This document shows positions 9,801-20,400 of a stretch of 22,714 nt of DNA, in pieces. Both the position numbers and the translations under genes were made by a program. Under the pieces are notes generated by a model. The model saw only the letters and a list, made by a program, of their open reading frames with translations, did no database searches and was not told where the DNA came from. The stretch is from Peribolospora baueri (lineage: Eukaryota), in contig JAMDHS010000057.1 in assembly GCA_029717555.1 (NCBI GenBank), positions 124,001-146,714 on the forward strand. The letters are read 5' to 3'. The first letter of the stretch is position 1. Every line of letters starts with the position of its first letter.

Positions 9801-11398
9801 CCAATCTCGGAAGTCGAGCACGTGGAGGAGAGAACGCCAGCGGTTCGTCTTGAGCTCGCGGTCGGAAGGTCGGTATGCGAGATAGGTGAAAGCCTTGATG
9901 TGGAGGAAGCCGAAGACGACCATCTCAAAAGTTTCGGCGAGCGCGGAGATGCCCACTTGAATTTGTGCGGCGGTCCTGAAAGGGAAGCAAGGCGGTATGA
10001 ATGAGACGGCCATTGCCGTGTCAGACAGAGCGGGCTGGGCTGGGTGATCAGGTGTATCCGACGTGTTTCCGGCCTGGCTCACATGTACTGAGTGTCCTTG
10101 ACGACGCCGAAGAAGATGAGGAGGGAGATGAAGCTCTCCTGCCAAAAAGTGAGGAAGACGACGCTCTTGACGGCCAGGAATTTGAGCACGGGCTTGTACG
10201 GCTCGAGCTCTTTCTTGACGGGCAAGTAGAATTGGACCTGGATGGCGTGAAGGATGGAGGGAGACGTGAGGGGCCCGAGGCGAAGGGACGCCGGAAATGA
10301 GAAAGAGAACAAGACGCTGCTCACTACGCAGTACATAGCGACCGTCACCGAGATGGAAATAGCGAGGGTGATCTGCGAAATGGAAGAGGGTTAGAGCAAA
10401 GGTGATGATCAAATGATCAGCGAAGAGAGAAACAGGAGCGAAGAAGCTCAGGGAGGGGGAGAACAAGTAGGGACATACATAGATGTGGCCAAAGTATGGC
10501 ATATAGGATGACATGCAGTATAGGTTCATGTACTGGAGAATGACCGCAACCTGTCCAGGCGCGCGTGGTAGCAAGAACGATGAAGAGAAGTGATTGAGCG
10601 TACGGTCGACAACAGTGAGAAAAAGAAAGAATACGGTCGGCAATCGTGCGGAAAAAGAAAGAAGAATGCGAGTCGCTTACGATAGTACAAACAGGCCTCA
10701 CGACGGCGTACTGCAGGATGCCGACCCTCATGAGCCACAAAAAGTGGAGCCCGCTTGGGCGATATTTCCACCTGCCCAAAGGCCAGAACCACTTGTGCAC
10801 CTTGACGTTGCGGAAAAGGTCGTGCTGGTCGGAGCGGGTGTCACCGAGGTACGAGAGAAGGAGGTAGAAGAAGGAGGTTATAACCACCGCTTCGTAGCAA
10901 TCGCGGATGGTTTGGTAGTAGATGGCCTGGCGGAGGAGGAGATGGAATAGAAAAAGGGGACCATTAGGCGACGGCGACAAGGCGGCAGAGGCACGACGTG
11001 GCCGAGCGCACCTCGGTGTAAAACGCGTAGCTGAGGAAGCTGACGAGGGCGTAGATGGGAACCATAATGAGGATGCGAACGATGTGTCGTTGCTGTGTGG
11101 GCACGGTGTAATAGGTGAGGTGTTTGAGAATGAGCCAGAAACTGGCTATCGTCGCGACGAGGGCGAAGAAACCAGATACGATCCATCCTACGTCGTGAGC
11201 TATTATGCAAGGGACAGGCGGAGAGAAAGGAAGATTAAAGCACGCAGACGATGAAGAATTCAGCGAGACCGTCCCAATGAGGCTCCGAGAGGCCAGCTAT
11301 TGGACAGGCGCACCTTTGAAGTTGATGTTGCCGTTTGATATGAACGGCACCGGGTCGTTAGGCTTCGTCTCCACTGGGCAGGTGGTGTTGAACGCCAT
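6807..11398 (-). CDS. TMEM184 / organic solute transporter alpha (Solute_trans_a; yeast Hfl1-like) membrane protein, ~1320 aa, with a very long low-complexity C-terminal tail. Exons 11398-11314, 11199-11012, 10926-10681, 10550-10479, 10372-10325, 10237-10083, 9975-6807
   Basis: The spliced translation contains family hallmarks: HLTYYTVPTQQRHIVRILIMVPIYALVSFLS, IRDCYEAVVITSFFYLL, GILQYAVVRP, YKPVLKFLAVKSVVFLTFWQ and FEMVVFGFLHIKAFTY. Six GT...AG introns have consistent phases. Stop TGA at 6809-6807. Confidence 0.92.
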
Positions 11399-12026
11399 GA
11401 TGAAGGTGCGAAGGCCAACCCGGGCAAGATGGGAGCTACCGTGGGGTCGTTAATGAGATCGTCAGATATGCGTGCGTCGTAAGGAAAAATGGGAGGAGAC
11501 GGCGAGCGAGACAAGGAGTTGTTACGGCTGTGATATGTTTGGTAGTGGGAGGGTATCTACGAAGTAAAGCAGTGGGCGCGAGGGCATCGTCCACGGGCGC
11601 TTCGACGCAGCTGCGCTGGAGAGCAGAGCGTAAAAGAAGAAGAGGTGACGAGGACGATGGCGATTGGTCACACCATTGCTGTCACCGTCATCGTCGTTGT
11701 CGTTGTCGTCGTCGTTGTTGTCGCCGTCTCCATCTTCACCTAGTCTTCGAGCCTGCCGCTCTCCCTCTCTCTCAGGGGCTCCGCCAGGCACTGATCGACG
11801 GTGCTGCGGCAAGAGCGTTTATAGTATTTGAATCGGCCCCTTTAGGCCCTATTGGTTTGACTTGTGGACCCTAAACTGAATAAATTAATCAATAAATGAA
11901 TATTTGAAAGTCTTTAATCGCAATTGTAATACTTAAATAGGAAGAACGTAAATCTTAGAAGTCCATTTTGCATTTCTTATCGTGCACTTTTGAGTTTCTC
12001 TTGAGGCGTTTGCGTAGATTTTGTTC

Positions 12027-12072
12027 GCCAATGTAATGTGTGGATCCTGCCAATGTAATGTGCGGATCCTGC
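12027..12072. repeat. Tandem direct repeat, 2 x 22 bp (GCCAATGTAATGTGYGGATCCT) plus a partial third unit, inside an AT-rich island
   Basis: 12027-12048 gccaatgtaatgtgtggatcct and 12049-12070 gccaatgtaatgtgcggatcct differ by one base. Each unit contains CCAAT. Confidence 0.9.
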
Positions 12073-12996
12073 AACCGATTTTCGATAATTTTTGATTTTC
12101 TCAAAACGGTTATCGCAGTATTTTAATTTAGAGCGTCATGGAACGCACTGATAAGAAAGCGAAAAAGGGACGAGAAATGGAAAATCCCCGGCGCTGGAAC
12201 GAAAAATCGAAGAAAAGGTACGCGAAAGGGAAATATGATCGGCCTTGGTGCGAAAAGAAAGCAGCGGTTCTTTGGCATCGCCCAAATGTCGCAGCAATGA
12301 AAGGCGCGCTTTCAATGAAGCCTGCACGCCAATGCGATAGCAGGTTGAAAGGGCTAGCGGAAGTGAGTAAGAAGAACGCGCACACGAACGACTCTTCCTC
12401 ACGAGTTAGCGGTCCCTAGTAAGCATTGCTGAAACCCAACGAGGATAGCGCCTTGTAGCTCCCTGTGTATTGAACAGGTGTGTGCTCGGCGTTACAATCT
12501 ACCCGGCTAAGCGTTTGACAAAGGGACCTATGAAGGCCTCAGTCAGGGCCTGGAAAGTCCCCAGTCGCTTGACTATCCTTCTGCCTGCATCGCTCGTCTG
12601 TGTAGCGTTTTGCCAGGGGATGTCAGATGTTGTGGATGTAATTGCCTTTCGTCCTAGCAACTCCCACGTCCGCAGAGGAACCCAGTCAAGAGTCGCTTCA
12701 GGCTACCATCCCACCGAAGTTTGCTTTCGTCAACCCCCATGCACTCCTGCGAGCAGCAAGCCTACCCGGAGCCGCAAGGTTTTCAAAAAGTGTGAGTGAG
12801 CATTTCAAATCCCTAAACAAGAATTCAAAAGTACGTTGACATTTGTGCACGCCCCCGCGGCAATGTCTGCGCCCTCGCCGCAGCACCCGATCTTCCGAGA
12901 TGCCTGTACCGCAGCAAGGAGGCTCCATGGTGCCCACCGTCGGGAAGACGGTCAACGTCAAGATGAAACGCTCCTCGACCTTGTAGGGAAACAGCC

Positions 12997-14643
12997 ATGT
13001 TCGAGAGTGTCCTTCGAGCGGCACCCTTCTTTTACTTTCCTCACGCCGTAACCCTAGTCTATTTGCTTGCGCTTCTTCTTCCCTTGCTTGTTCTTCCACA
13101 CATCATGGGTCTTTTTAGGTCCAACTTCAACCCTCGCGGCAAGGTGAGCGAGCTTACGTTTTCGCATCCCGCTCGATGTCCGAGGGCTGCGTACTGAAGA
13201 TAAGTCATGGACCCGTCATTTGAGTAGCACTGTTTTGTTACTGGCGGCTCTCAGGGACTTGGCTTGGCGCTCGCCGTCGACCTCGCCTCCAAGGGCGCCG
13301 ACGTGACCATCTGCGCTCGCACAGAGTCTAAGCTCGAAGAGGCCCTCAAACAGGTAGAGGTGAGCGAGTTGGGCAATCGCCCGCAATAGGAAGATGGACA
13401 CGTAGGCGCTCACCACCATTTTGACTTTCCTCCTTCTTTCCCCCTTCCGCCCCGCCAGGCCGCCCGCGTCTCGCCGACCCAAAAGCTGCATCTGGTCGCA
13501 GCAGACGTCTCCGAGCGCACCGGCGCTATATCCGCCGTCGAACGGTCCGCTTCGTTCCACGGCGGCCGCGCTCCCGAAATTGTCATTTGCGCGGCCGGCG
13601 GGAGCACGCCTGGTTTCTTTTTGGAGCAGGGAGAGAAGGAGTTCGAGGCGGGGATGAAGCTCAACTATTGGACAGCGCACTGGACGTGTCATGTGAGTTT
13701 CGGCTTTGTAACTTTCCTTATACCTTCAAATTGTCCGGGTTTCCCTTCTGAGAATGCCCTCTCCCCTTTAGGCGGCCACGGCGCACATGGTCCGCCAGGG
13801 TATCAAGGGTAAGCTCGTCTTAGTCAGCTCCACGCTCGGTTTCATGAGCTTCGTGGGATGGTCCCAGTACGCTCCTTCAAAGTACGCCGTGCGAGGTGCG
13901 TCGTTCGGAACAATGATCGGTCTTTCTCTGTCTCTTCAAGCTGTCGCCGGCCGTTCAGGTTGACTTGACCTTTGCCTCTTTTCCTGTTTCCGCCACGTCC
14001 TCCCATCGCATCAAGGCCTGGCCGACACCCTCCGCCACGAACTCCTCCTCCACGACATCTCCGTGCACTGCTACTTCCCCGGCACTATAAAGTCACCTGG
14101 ATACGAAAACGAAATGCTCACCAAGCCGGAATTGACTAAGAAGATCGAGGGGGAGGACGACGCCTTGACACCCGAGGAGTGCGCAAAGGGGATGATCAAA
14201 GGTGCGTGCGCCTCCTCCCGCCAGTCTATGCGAACGCGACTTGCGCCCCTCCCGTTCTTGCCTCTTTTCTCAAGCTGACCCCGGACTTCCTCTGCCAATC
14301 TCGCCCTTTGTCGAGAACAGGTCTCGAGAGAGGGTACACCTACATCACCACGGACCTCACCACCGACATCATCCGCACACAATCCAGCGGTCCGACGCGC
14401 CGCAACAGCGTCATCCTCGACACCCTTCTCGGCTTTGTCGGCGCGGTGAGTGAGAGGAGGGGGAGCCTCTGGGCTCGTTCAGCGTCTCTTCGGTCATATT
14501 CGTTGATGGCTTTGTCCTTTTTCCCCTTGGGCTGACGGCATCCTCCTCTTCCGTTTTAAAATTCCTGCTGATAAAAGATCGGTCTTCCGATCTGGAGACG
14601 CTACATCGACCACGAAGTCCGTGCGAGCATCAAGCAGCATTAG
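12997..14643 (+). CDS. TSC10: 3-ketodihydrosphingosine (3-dehydrosphinganine) reductase, SDR family, ~337 aa (301 aa from the second ATG at 13105). Exons 12997-13143, 13228-13359, 13459-13692, 13772-13895, 14016-14201, 14321-14445, 14578-14643
   Basis: Rossmann motif VTGGSQGLG, CAAGGSTPGFF, catalytic S (VSSTLG) and YAPSK (YxxxK), GLADTLRHE, and the KDSR/Tsc10-typical FPGTIKSPGYENEMLTKPELTKKIE. Six introns have consistent phases. Stop TAG at 14641-14643. Confidence 0.9.
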
Positions 14644-14984
14644 CTAAGGAGGGGCGCTTGGGCGGGAAGCGTTGACGTACGTGCGTGCTGCGCGGCGTAG
14701 TTTAGGACCCAACATGATTTTTTGCGCCCTGTCGACGTCGGCTTTTCTTTCCCTCCTCGGCCTCGTTACATTTGGAAGGCGGGGGAGACGGGTGGATATT
14801 CGAACGGATTGGATGAGAAACGGCGTGGTTAGCAAACAAATGGCATTCTTGCGAGCGATGCTACTTCTTCTGGTTCATTGATGCGTGGAGCTGTCGGAAG
14901 CTTTCTATCGGCTGCGGCACGTCATGCTCCCACCAGGCTCAAGGTCGCACGAAGGCCAGCCTGGTTGGACGGAAAGACTTGTTG

Positions 14985-17132
14985 ATGCTGCGACGCACCT
15001 TATCCTCCTCCTTCGCATCCCTCACTCGCATCCAAAGGGGCTTCTCCGCGCCGCCCTCGTATCCCATCCCAGCGCCCTCCCCTTTAGCCGGTTCACGGGC
15101 GCTCGCCATGGCCGTCGAACAGGCCGCCAAGAAGGCCAAGCTGAGCAGCGAGATGGTCATCGGCACTCATGACGGCACCTTCCATTGTGAGATTCGATGA
15201 CACGGGCTGGGTCCGCATGCCAATGGGGCGCTTCACATGCAAGCAAGTGGGCAGCAAGCTCGGACGGTGTTTGATCGTGTCTTCCTTTTCCATCGGAATC
15301 GCTCAGGCGACGAGGCCCTGGCTGTGTATCTGTTGCGAAAGACGAACGACTACAAGGACGCCAGTGAGCTTGCGCACACGCCCTTCCCCTTCCCCCGGTA
15401 GGAGATCGCTGATTGCATTCCTCCTTTGCCCTCCTCTTACCCGACAGAGCTCATTCGCACTCGAGACCCGGCGTTGCTCAACACCTGCGACATTGTTGTC
15501 GACGTGGGCGCAGAGTACGACCCGGCCAAGCAGCGCTACGACCACCACCAGCGCGGCTTCCACGAGGTCTTTGGGCACGGACATACAACGAAACTTAGCA
15601 GTGCCGGATTGGTTTGGAAGTGAGTGTCGCGTTCACTGGCCCTGTGCTTGTCCGAGACGGTTTCCGGTCGGTCAGGAGAAAGGCGACATGGGGCGGCTTT
15701 TTTGTGCAAAACCGTCAAAGTCGCGACCTGACCTTGCCAATTCGGATCCTGAACGCACCCAAAACGGACAGGCACTTCGGACCAAAGATCCTCGCTCTCT
15801 ACTTGAACACCGACCTCCAAGACCCGCGTGTGGATCTGCTGTACAAGAAGACGTACGAGGACTTTATCGAGGCGATCGGTACGTTTAAGCTGGTGCTTGC
15901 CCTTGGCGCGTCCTTCCTGCTCGGTGAGGCTTGGAAGATCATTCACCACAACGGCAAATGTGGGTCTCCTGGCCTCTTACTCTTGTTGCGACAGATGGCA
16001 TCGACAACGGCATCAACCAGTACGGAGATAATCAGCCACTGTACAAGTCTCGCACAGATTTGTCTAGTCGAGTAGGCTACCTGAACCCCCGATGGAACGA
16101 GAAGATGGATAGCGAGGACCAGATGGTGAGCCTCGCATGTATGCTCCACCTGTACCACAACACACCTCCTCGCTCACTCCGTCTCCCTTCGAATCTGCTC
16201 CCGGACACTACCGGACCATCACAGCAACGCTTCCTTCGAGCCTCAAACCTGGCGGGCACGGAGCTCTTCGACCGTCTCGACTATGCCGTCAACGCGTGGC
16301 TCCCCGCTCGGGACGTCGTGGCGAGAGCGGTGGAGGCGCGAAAGGGGAAAAGCGGGGACTCTCAGGGAAGGATCCTCGTTTTCGATGAGTTCGCCAGCTG
16401 GAGGGTGCGTCCGAGTGGACGGATGATGGTTCATAGGCCGCATTTCATTCTCAATCTGACGAGACCGCCACTTGGCCGACCCGAACGGACCCTTTCTCTC
16501 CTTCCCTTTCCTCCGTTCCTACACGATATCCGGCGCTCCTGTTTTCATTCTACACAACAGGAGCATCTCTTTACTCTCGAAACCGAGCTCGCCATCCCAG
16601 ACGCGGAGAAGCCCATCTACGTCGTCTACCCGGACGAGAGCGGAAAGTGGCGCGTCCAAGCCGTGCCCATCAGCCCTGGAAGTTTCGAAAGCCGCAAGGC
16701 CTTGCCGGAAAAGTGAGTCGGATGGGTTCACATCGAAGTCGGAACCCGGATTAGAGGCTTTTTCCTTTTGGCTCCGGCACTGTCGGCAACAGTCTTCTAA
16801 ACGCTCATGGCCGTCCTGCCGCTCGCTTCTCTCTTTTTTTTTTGTCCTGGAAAGGTGGCGCGGGGTGCGAGACCAAGAGCTCTCCGACCTCACTGGCATC
16901 CCCGGCTGCGTTTTTGTCCACGCTTCCGGCTTCATCGGAGGTGAGCTCGCTTCCCTAGCCTCTCTCTCTCGTCCGGCCTTCCTTCCGCCCTTTGGGATTT
17001 CGGATTCGACGCTGACGGACGACGTCCAATGTGGCCTTGTCGCTCGCGCTCGCTCTAATTTTTTTTAATACTATAGGCAACGCCACACGAGAAGGTGCGC
17101 TCAGGATGGCCAAAGACGCCCTCGCTGTGTGA
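14985..17132 (+). CDS. MYG1: MYG1 (UPF0160) DHH-type 3'-5' exonuclease, ~380 aa. Exons 14985-15186, 15307-15363, 15448-15619, 15772-15878, 15995-16125, 16225-16404, 16561-16712, 16855-16940, 17077-17132
   Basis: Motifs IGTHDGTFHCDEALA, IRTRDP, VDVGAEYD, YDHHQRGF, KLSSAGLVWKHFG, IDGIDNGI, LNPRWNE, WRVQAVP, FESRKALPEKWRGVRD and FVHASGFIGGN. Eight introns have consistent phases. Stop TGA at 17130-17132. Confidence 0.95.
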
Positions 17133-17453
17133 CAAATTCTCAAAAAGCAAGGGAGAGGCGACAGTGGTGGTCGAATATCGTTCTTATTGGAGTCCTACCA
17201 AGAATATATGAATGATGGGGCGAAGGACCGAGGATGGCGATGGGATGTCCGAGAGAAGTGACGTACGAGACAGCTTATATAAAACCCGAGGAGACATGAC
17301 AAACCCGAGAGCGCCGGTCCTGCTACTACGTGATTGAATGCGGGAATCTGAGAGAGTCCACTGGAGCGTATGGGAGAAACGGAGAATGCAGGGAGACGGG
17401 AACGGTGGAGAGCAGAGCGATCCACATGTGATATGGCCGTCCTCGCGGTCTAT

Positions 17454-20400
17454 TCACAACGACCGCGGGCCCCATACTTCGACGGCCACATTGGCGGTCA
17501 TGACGGCCAGGTAGGCGACGAGCAACGCGGCGCCCCACCGCCTGGAGAGATGATAACCGTTCAAGGGCACGAAGATGAGCGTGGCAACGAGGACGACCAA
17601 GAGGCCGAGACCGCTGACGAGGAGGGTGGGGCTGAAGTCGATGGGGTAATAGCCCTGCTCTGCCCACTCGTAGCCTTGCGACGTGACGACCCACGAGCCG
17701 GAGAGACCGATGCCGAGGAGGATGTTGAGCATCGGCCCGCCGAAGCAGGCGCTGATCGCCATCACCGGGTATCCGAGCTTTGCGATGGTCACGTTGGCCA
17801 CAAAGTCGCCCAGCGAGTTGCCCATCGCAAAGATGGTGAGGCCGAGGATGGCGTCGGATAAGTTAAAGATGAGTCCGAGGGACTGGGGGTGAATGCGGAA
17901 AAGATGGCCAATCAGCGGACAAATCTGAAGGATTAGGACGACGAGAACTAGAGACTGACCTGCAAGATCCCGACCACCTCATCGACGATGGTCATGATCC
18001 AGACCATGCCCATGGTGAACCCGAACAGGCAACGTGCTAGGTCGCCTAGCTGGGCCGTCCTGTTACTGTAGCGACGCTTCGCAGACAACGAAAGTACGAA
18101 GGCGGCGAGCGGCGCGCCTACGACGAGAGCGACAAAGATGGCGAACATGAACGAGTCGGTCTCCGCTGTAAGGACGAGGGTGAAATCGGCGTCAACAAAA
18201 ATCGCACCATACCATTTCGAGCCGAGTCAAGTTGAACGAGCGAAAGACCGCCTGGTGACTCACAGAAGAAAGCCCAAGCAAGGAAAAGCGGAGCCAGGAA
18301 GACTTGCGCGGCGGTCAGTCGAGGGCTCCAACCTCTTCTTGCTCCAATGCCACAATCGCTGCTGCTACCGCTGCTGCTGCTGCTGCTGCATGTCGACTCA
18401 TCGTCCTCTACCGCCGCGTCTCCGTTATCGCCTGCTCGTCTGGGCCTGGAAGGCGAGGCGTCAGGCCGGAGCATCTGTCCGTCCCCCACGGCGAGTCCGT
18501 GAAGCGCCGCGGCGATCTCTTCATCGCGTCGTCGCGCTCGGGCACCGCCTCCGACCTCGACGTCGTTCTCCGGCGATGCGGGCGTGACGTCGATGAGCGG
18601 CTGTTGTGTCTGGGCGCCCTCGTCCTCATTCTCGTTTTCGTCCTCGCCTCCCCCGAGCCGTGTCGAGGGACGTCTCCGGCGATTCCACCCGCTCCGCACG
18701 CTACCGCCGTCATACCTCTCCTCTCCTTCCTCCTCCTCCAACCGCTTCTCCTCCTCCTCCGCCGCTTCTCTCGCTTCCCGCTGGTCGTCCACGACGGGCA
18801 GAGTGAGGTTCAAAGCCAGGATGGCGGGAGCGGTGACGAGAGCGAGGAAAATGCCAATGACTGACTTCTCGCGCAAATTGCGCAGCGAGGGGAAGAGGGC
18901 CGCGACGAGGTGCTGCGCTTGGCGGCGAAGGCGCTTGCGCAGAGGTCGGCGTGAGGGGGCAGAGCGTCGAGAAAGCGACAATAGACTTCCACACCATCTC
19001 GGCCCGGCGGATTTGCGCCGTTCAGATGCACGAGGCCTCCCCGTCTCTACGTTCCCTCCTCCGCCTTCCTCCTCCGCATTGTTCGTCGAGATCCGAATCT
19101 CCGGTATATCACCCCGCTCGCTCTCGTCGTCCGCTTCCACCGTGGCGCCCATGTCCGCGCGCTCGTTTCTAAAACTGTGGTCGTCGTATAGCTTCGGCGG
19201 AGCGGTGGCTATGCCAGGTACAGGAAGCGGGTCCGTCCCGTCACCTCGCGCTGAAGAGTCTGACGTCGGGCCTCCGTAAGGAATCTGAAGTCGAGGTAGT
19301 GTCGGTCGGCCGGACGAAGTCACCGGGGTCCTCGTCTCGCCGCTCTCATATCGCCATGGATCCTCGACGTCGGCGGTGGAGAAGTCGACCAACTGTCCTA
19401 CTTCCCCGCCTTGGCCTTGGCTGTGCTGGCCGTCCGACCGCCATCGCCTCAGAGCGGATGACATGGGGTCACCAGAGAGAGCGAGAGCCCCGGGAGAAGA
19501 TTCCTCCGAACTAGAGGGCAGCAACGGCCCGGCGGAAGCGTGGCTATGACGACGGGCGTGCAAGTAGTGGCTATGGTGATGGTGATGGTGGTGGTGGAGG
19601 GGCGGGTGGTAGGCGGCGGGACTGGCCATGGAAGGGTTGAACGCGGCGAGGGAACGTGCGGACGAGTGCTCCTTTCGCAAGGAGTTGACCACATCACGGA
19701 ACTCCACCGCGCTCAGCAGGCTCGGTCGGCCCGACGGCCAGGCGGAACTTGGGCGCCGCAGACGGTTTGTTCGATCGCTCAAGGGGACAGAACGAAGGGA
19801 TGCGGGCGAGGCGCTACCGGAAGCTGAGGGCGAGGGTGGGGCGAGGAAGGCGGAGGAGGACATGGAAGGAAGGCGCGGACGCGGATCTTCTGCCTCAGCA
19901 AATTCGATAGCGAAAAGGTCTTCCTCGTCCTCGGGGAGGTATTCAACACGGGGACTCTGGAAGTGCAAATGCTGGTGATGTTGTGCATCGGTAGGCTCTT
20001 GTGCAATGGAAGGGGCGACAGAATCTGGGAAGATGATATACATCAGCAAAACGAAAGGCCACTAAGCAGGACGAACAGACAAACTCACCATCGTCCCTGT
20101 ACGGCTCCAGCGCCTCCGTCCTATACTCGTCCCGTACGATGGCCATCATGGCTTTCCTCCGCTTCATCCTGCGCACCCACCACGTGCCTACGACGATGAC
20201 GACGACGTAGACGACGTAGAGTCCTACGAGGCTCGCTGTCTCCCATAGCATCAATTTTCCATCGGCAAGAAACAGAAGCGTGAAGGCGATCGAGACCGTG
20301 AAGAAGCCGACGTCGCGGACAAAGGGGAACCGGTTAACGCGGAATGGCTGGACCAGCATCATGGAGCCGGCGACGACGGAGACGATGAAGGAGGCAGCGC

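Noticed and set aside
9976..10643. N-terminal part of the 1278-aa ORF 6807..10643
   Set aside because: It reads through introns and mostly off-frame exons. The conserved TMEM184 motifs appear only after splicing, so the true last exon starts at 9975.
12027..12072. 22-bp direct repeats as a CRISPR-like array
   Set aside because: There are only two adjacent units with no spacer, in a eukaryotic context with no cas genes.
12550..12565. GGAAAGTCCCC resembles the conserved CR-I/P4 5' strand of RNase MRP RNA
   Set aside because: I could not find the complementary 3' P4 strand (GGGGCTYA-like, CR-V) in the following few hundred bases. An Infernal search with the RNase_MRP model would be decisive.
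11841..13060. Scattered telomere-like words (CCCTAAA near 11869 and 12811, TAACCCTA near 13049) suggesting a telomerase RNA template or interstitial telomere
   Set aside because: They are isolated single copies, shorter than the ~1.5-repeat template expected, and one lies inside TSC10 exon 1.
14013..16854. AAG acceptors in TSC10 introns 4 and 6 and MYG1 intron 7
   Set aside because: AAG is a known minor 3' splice site in fungi and the reading frames join correctly, so it is not unusual enough to report.
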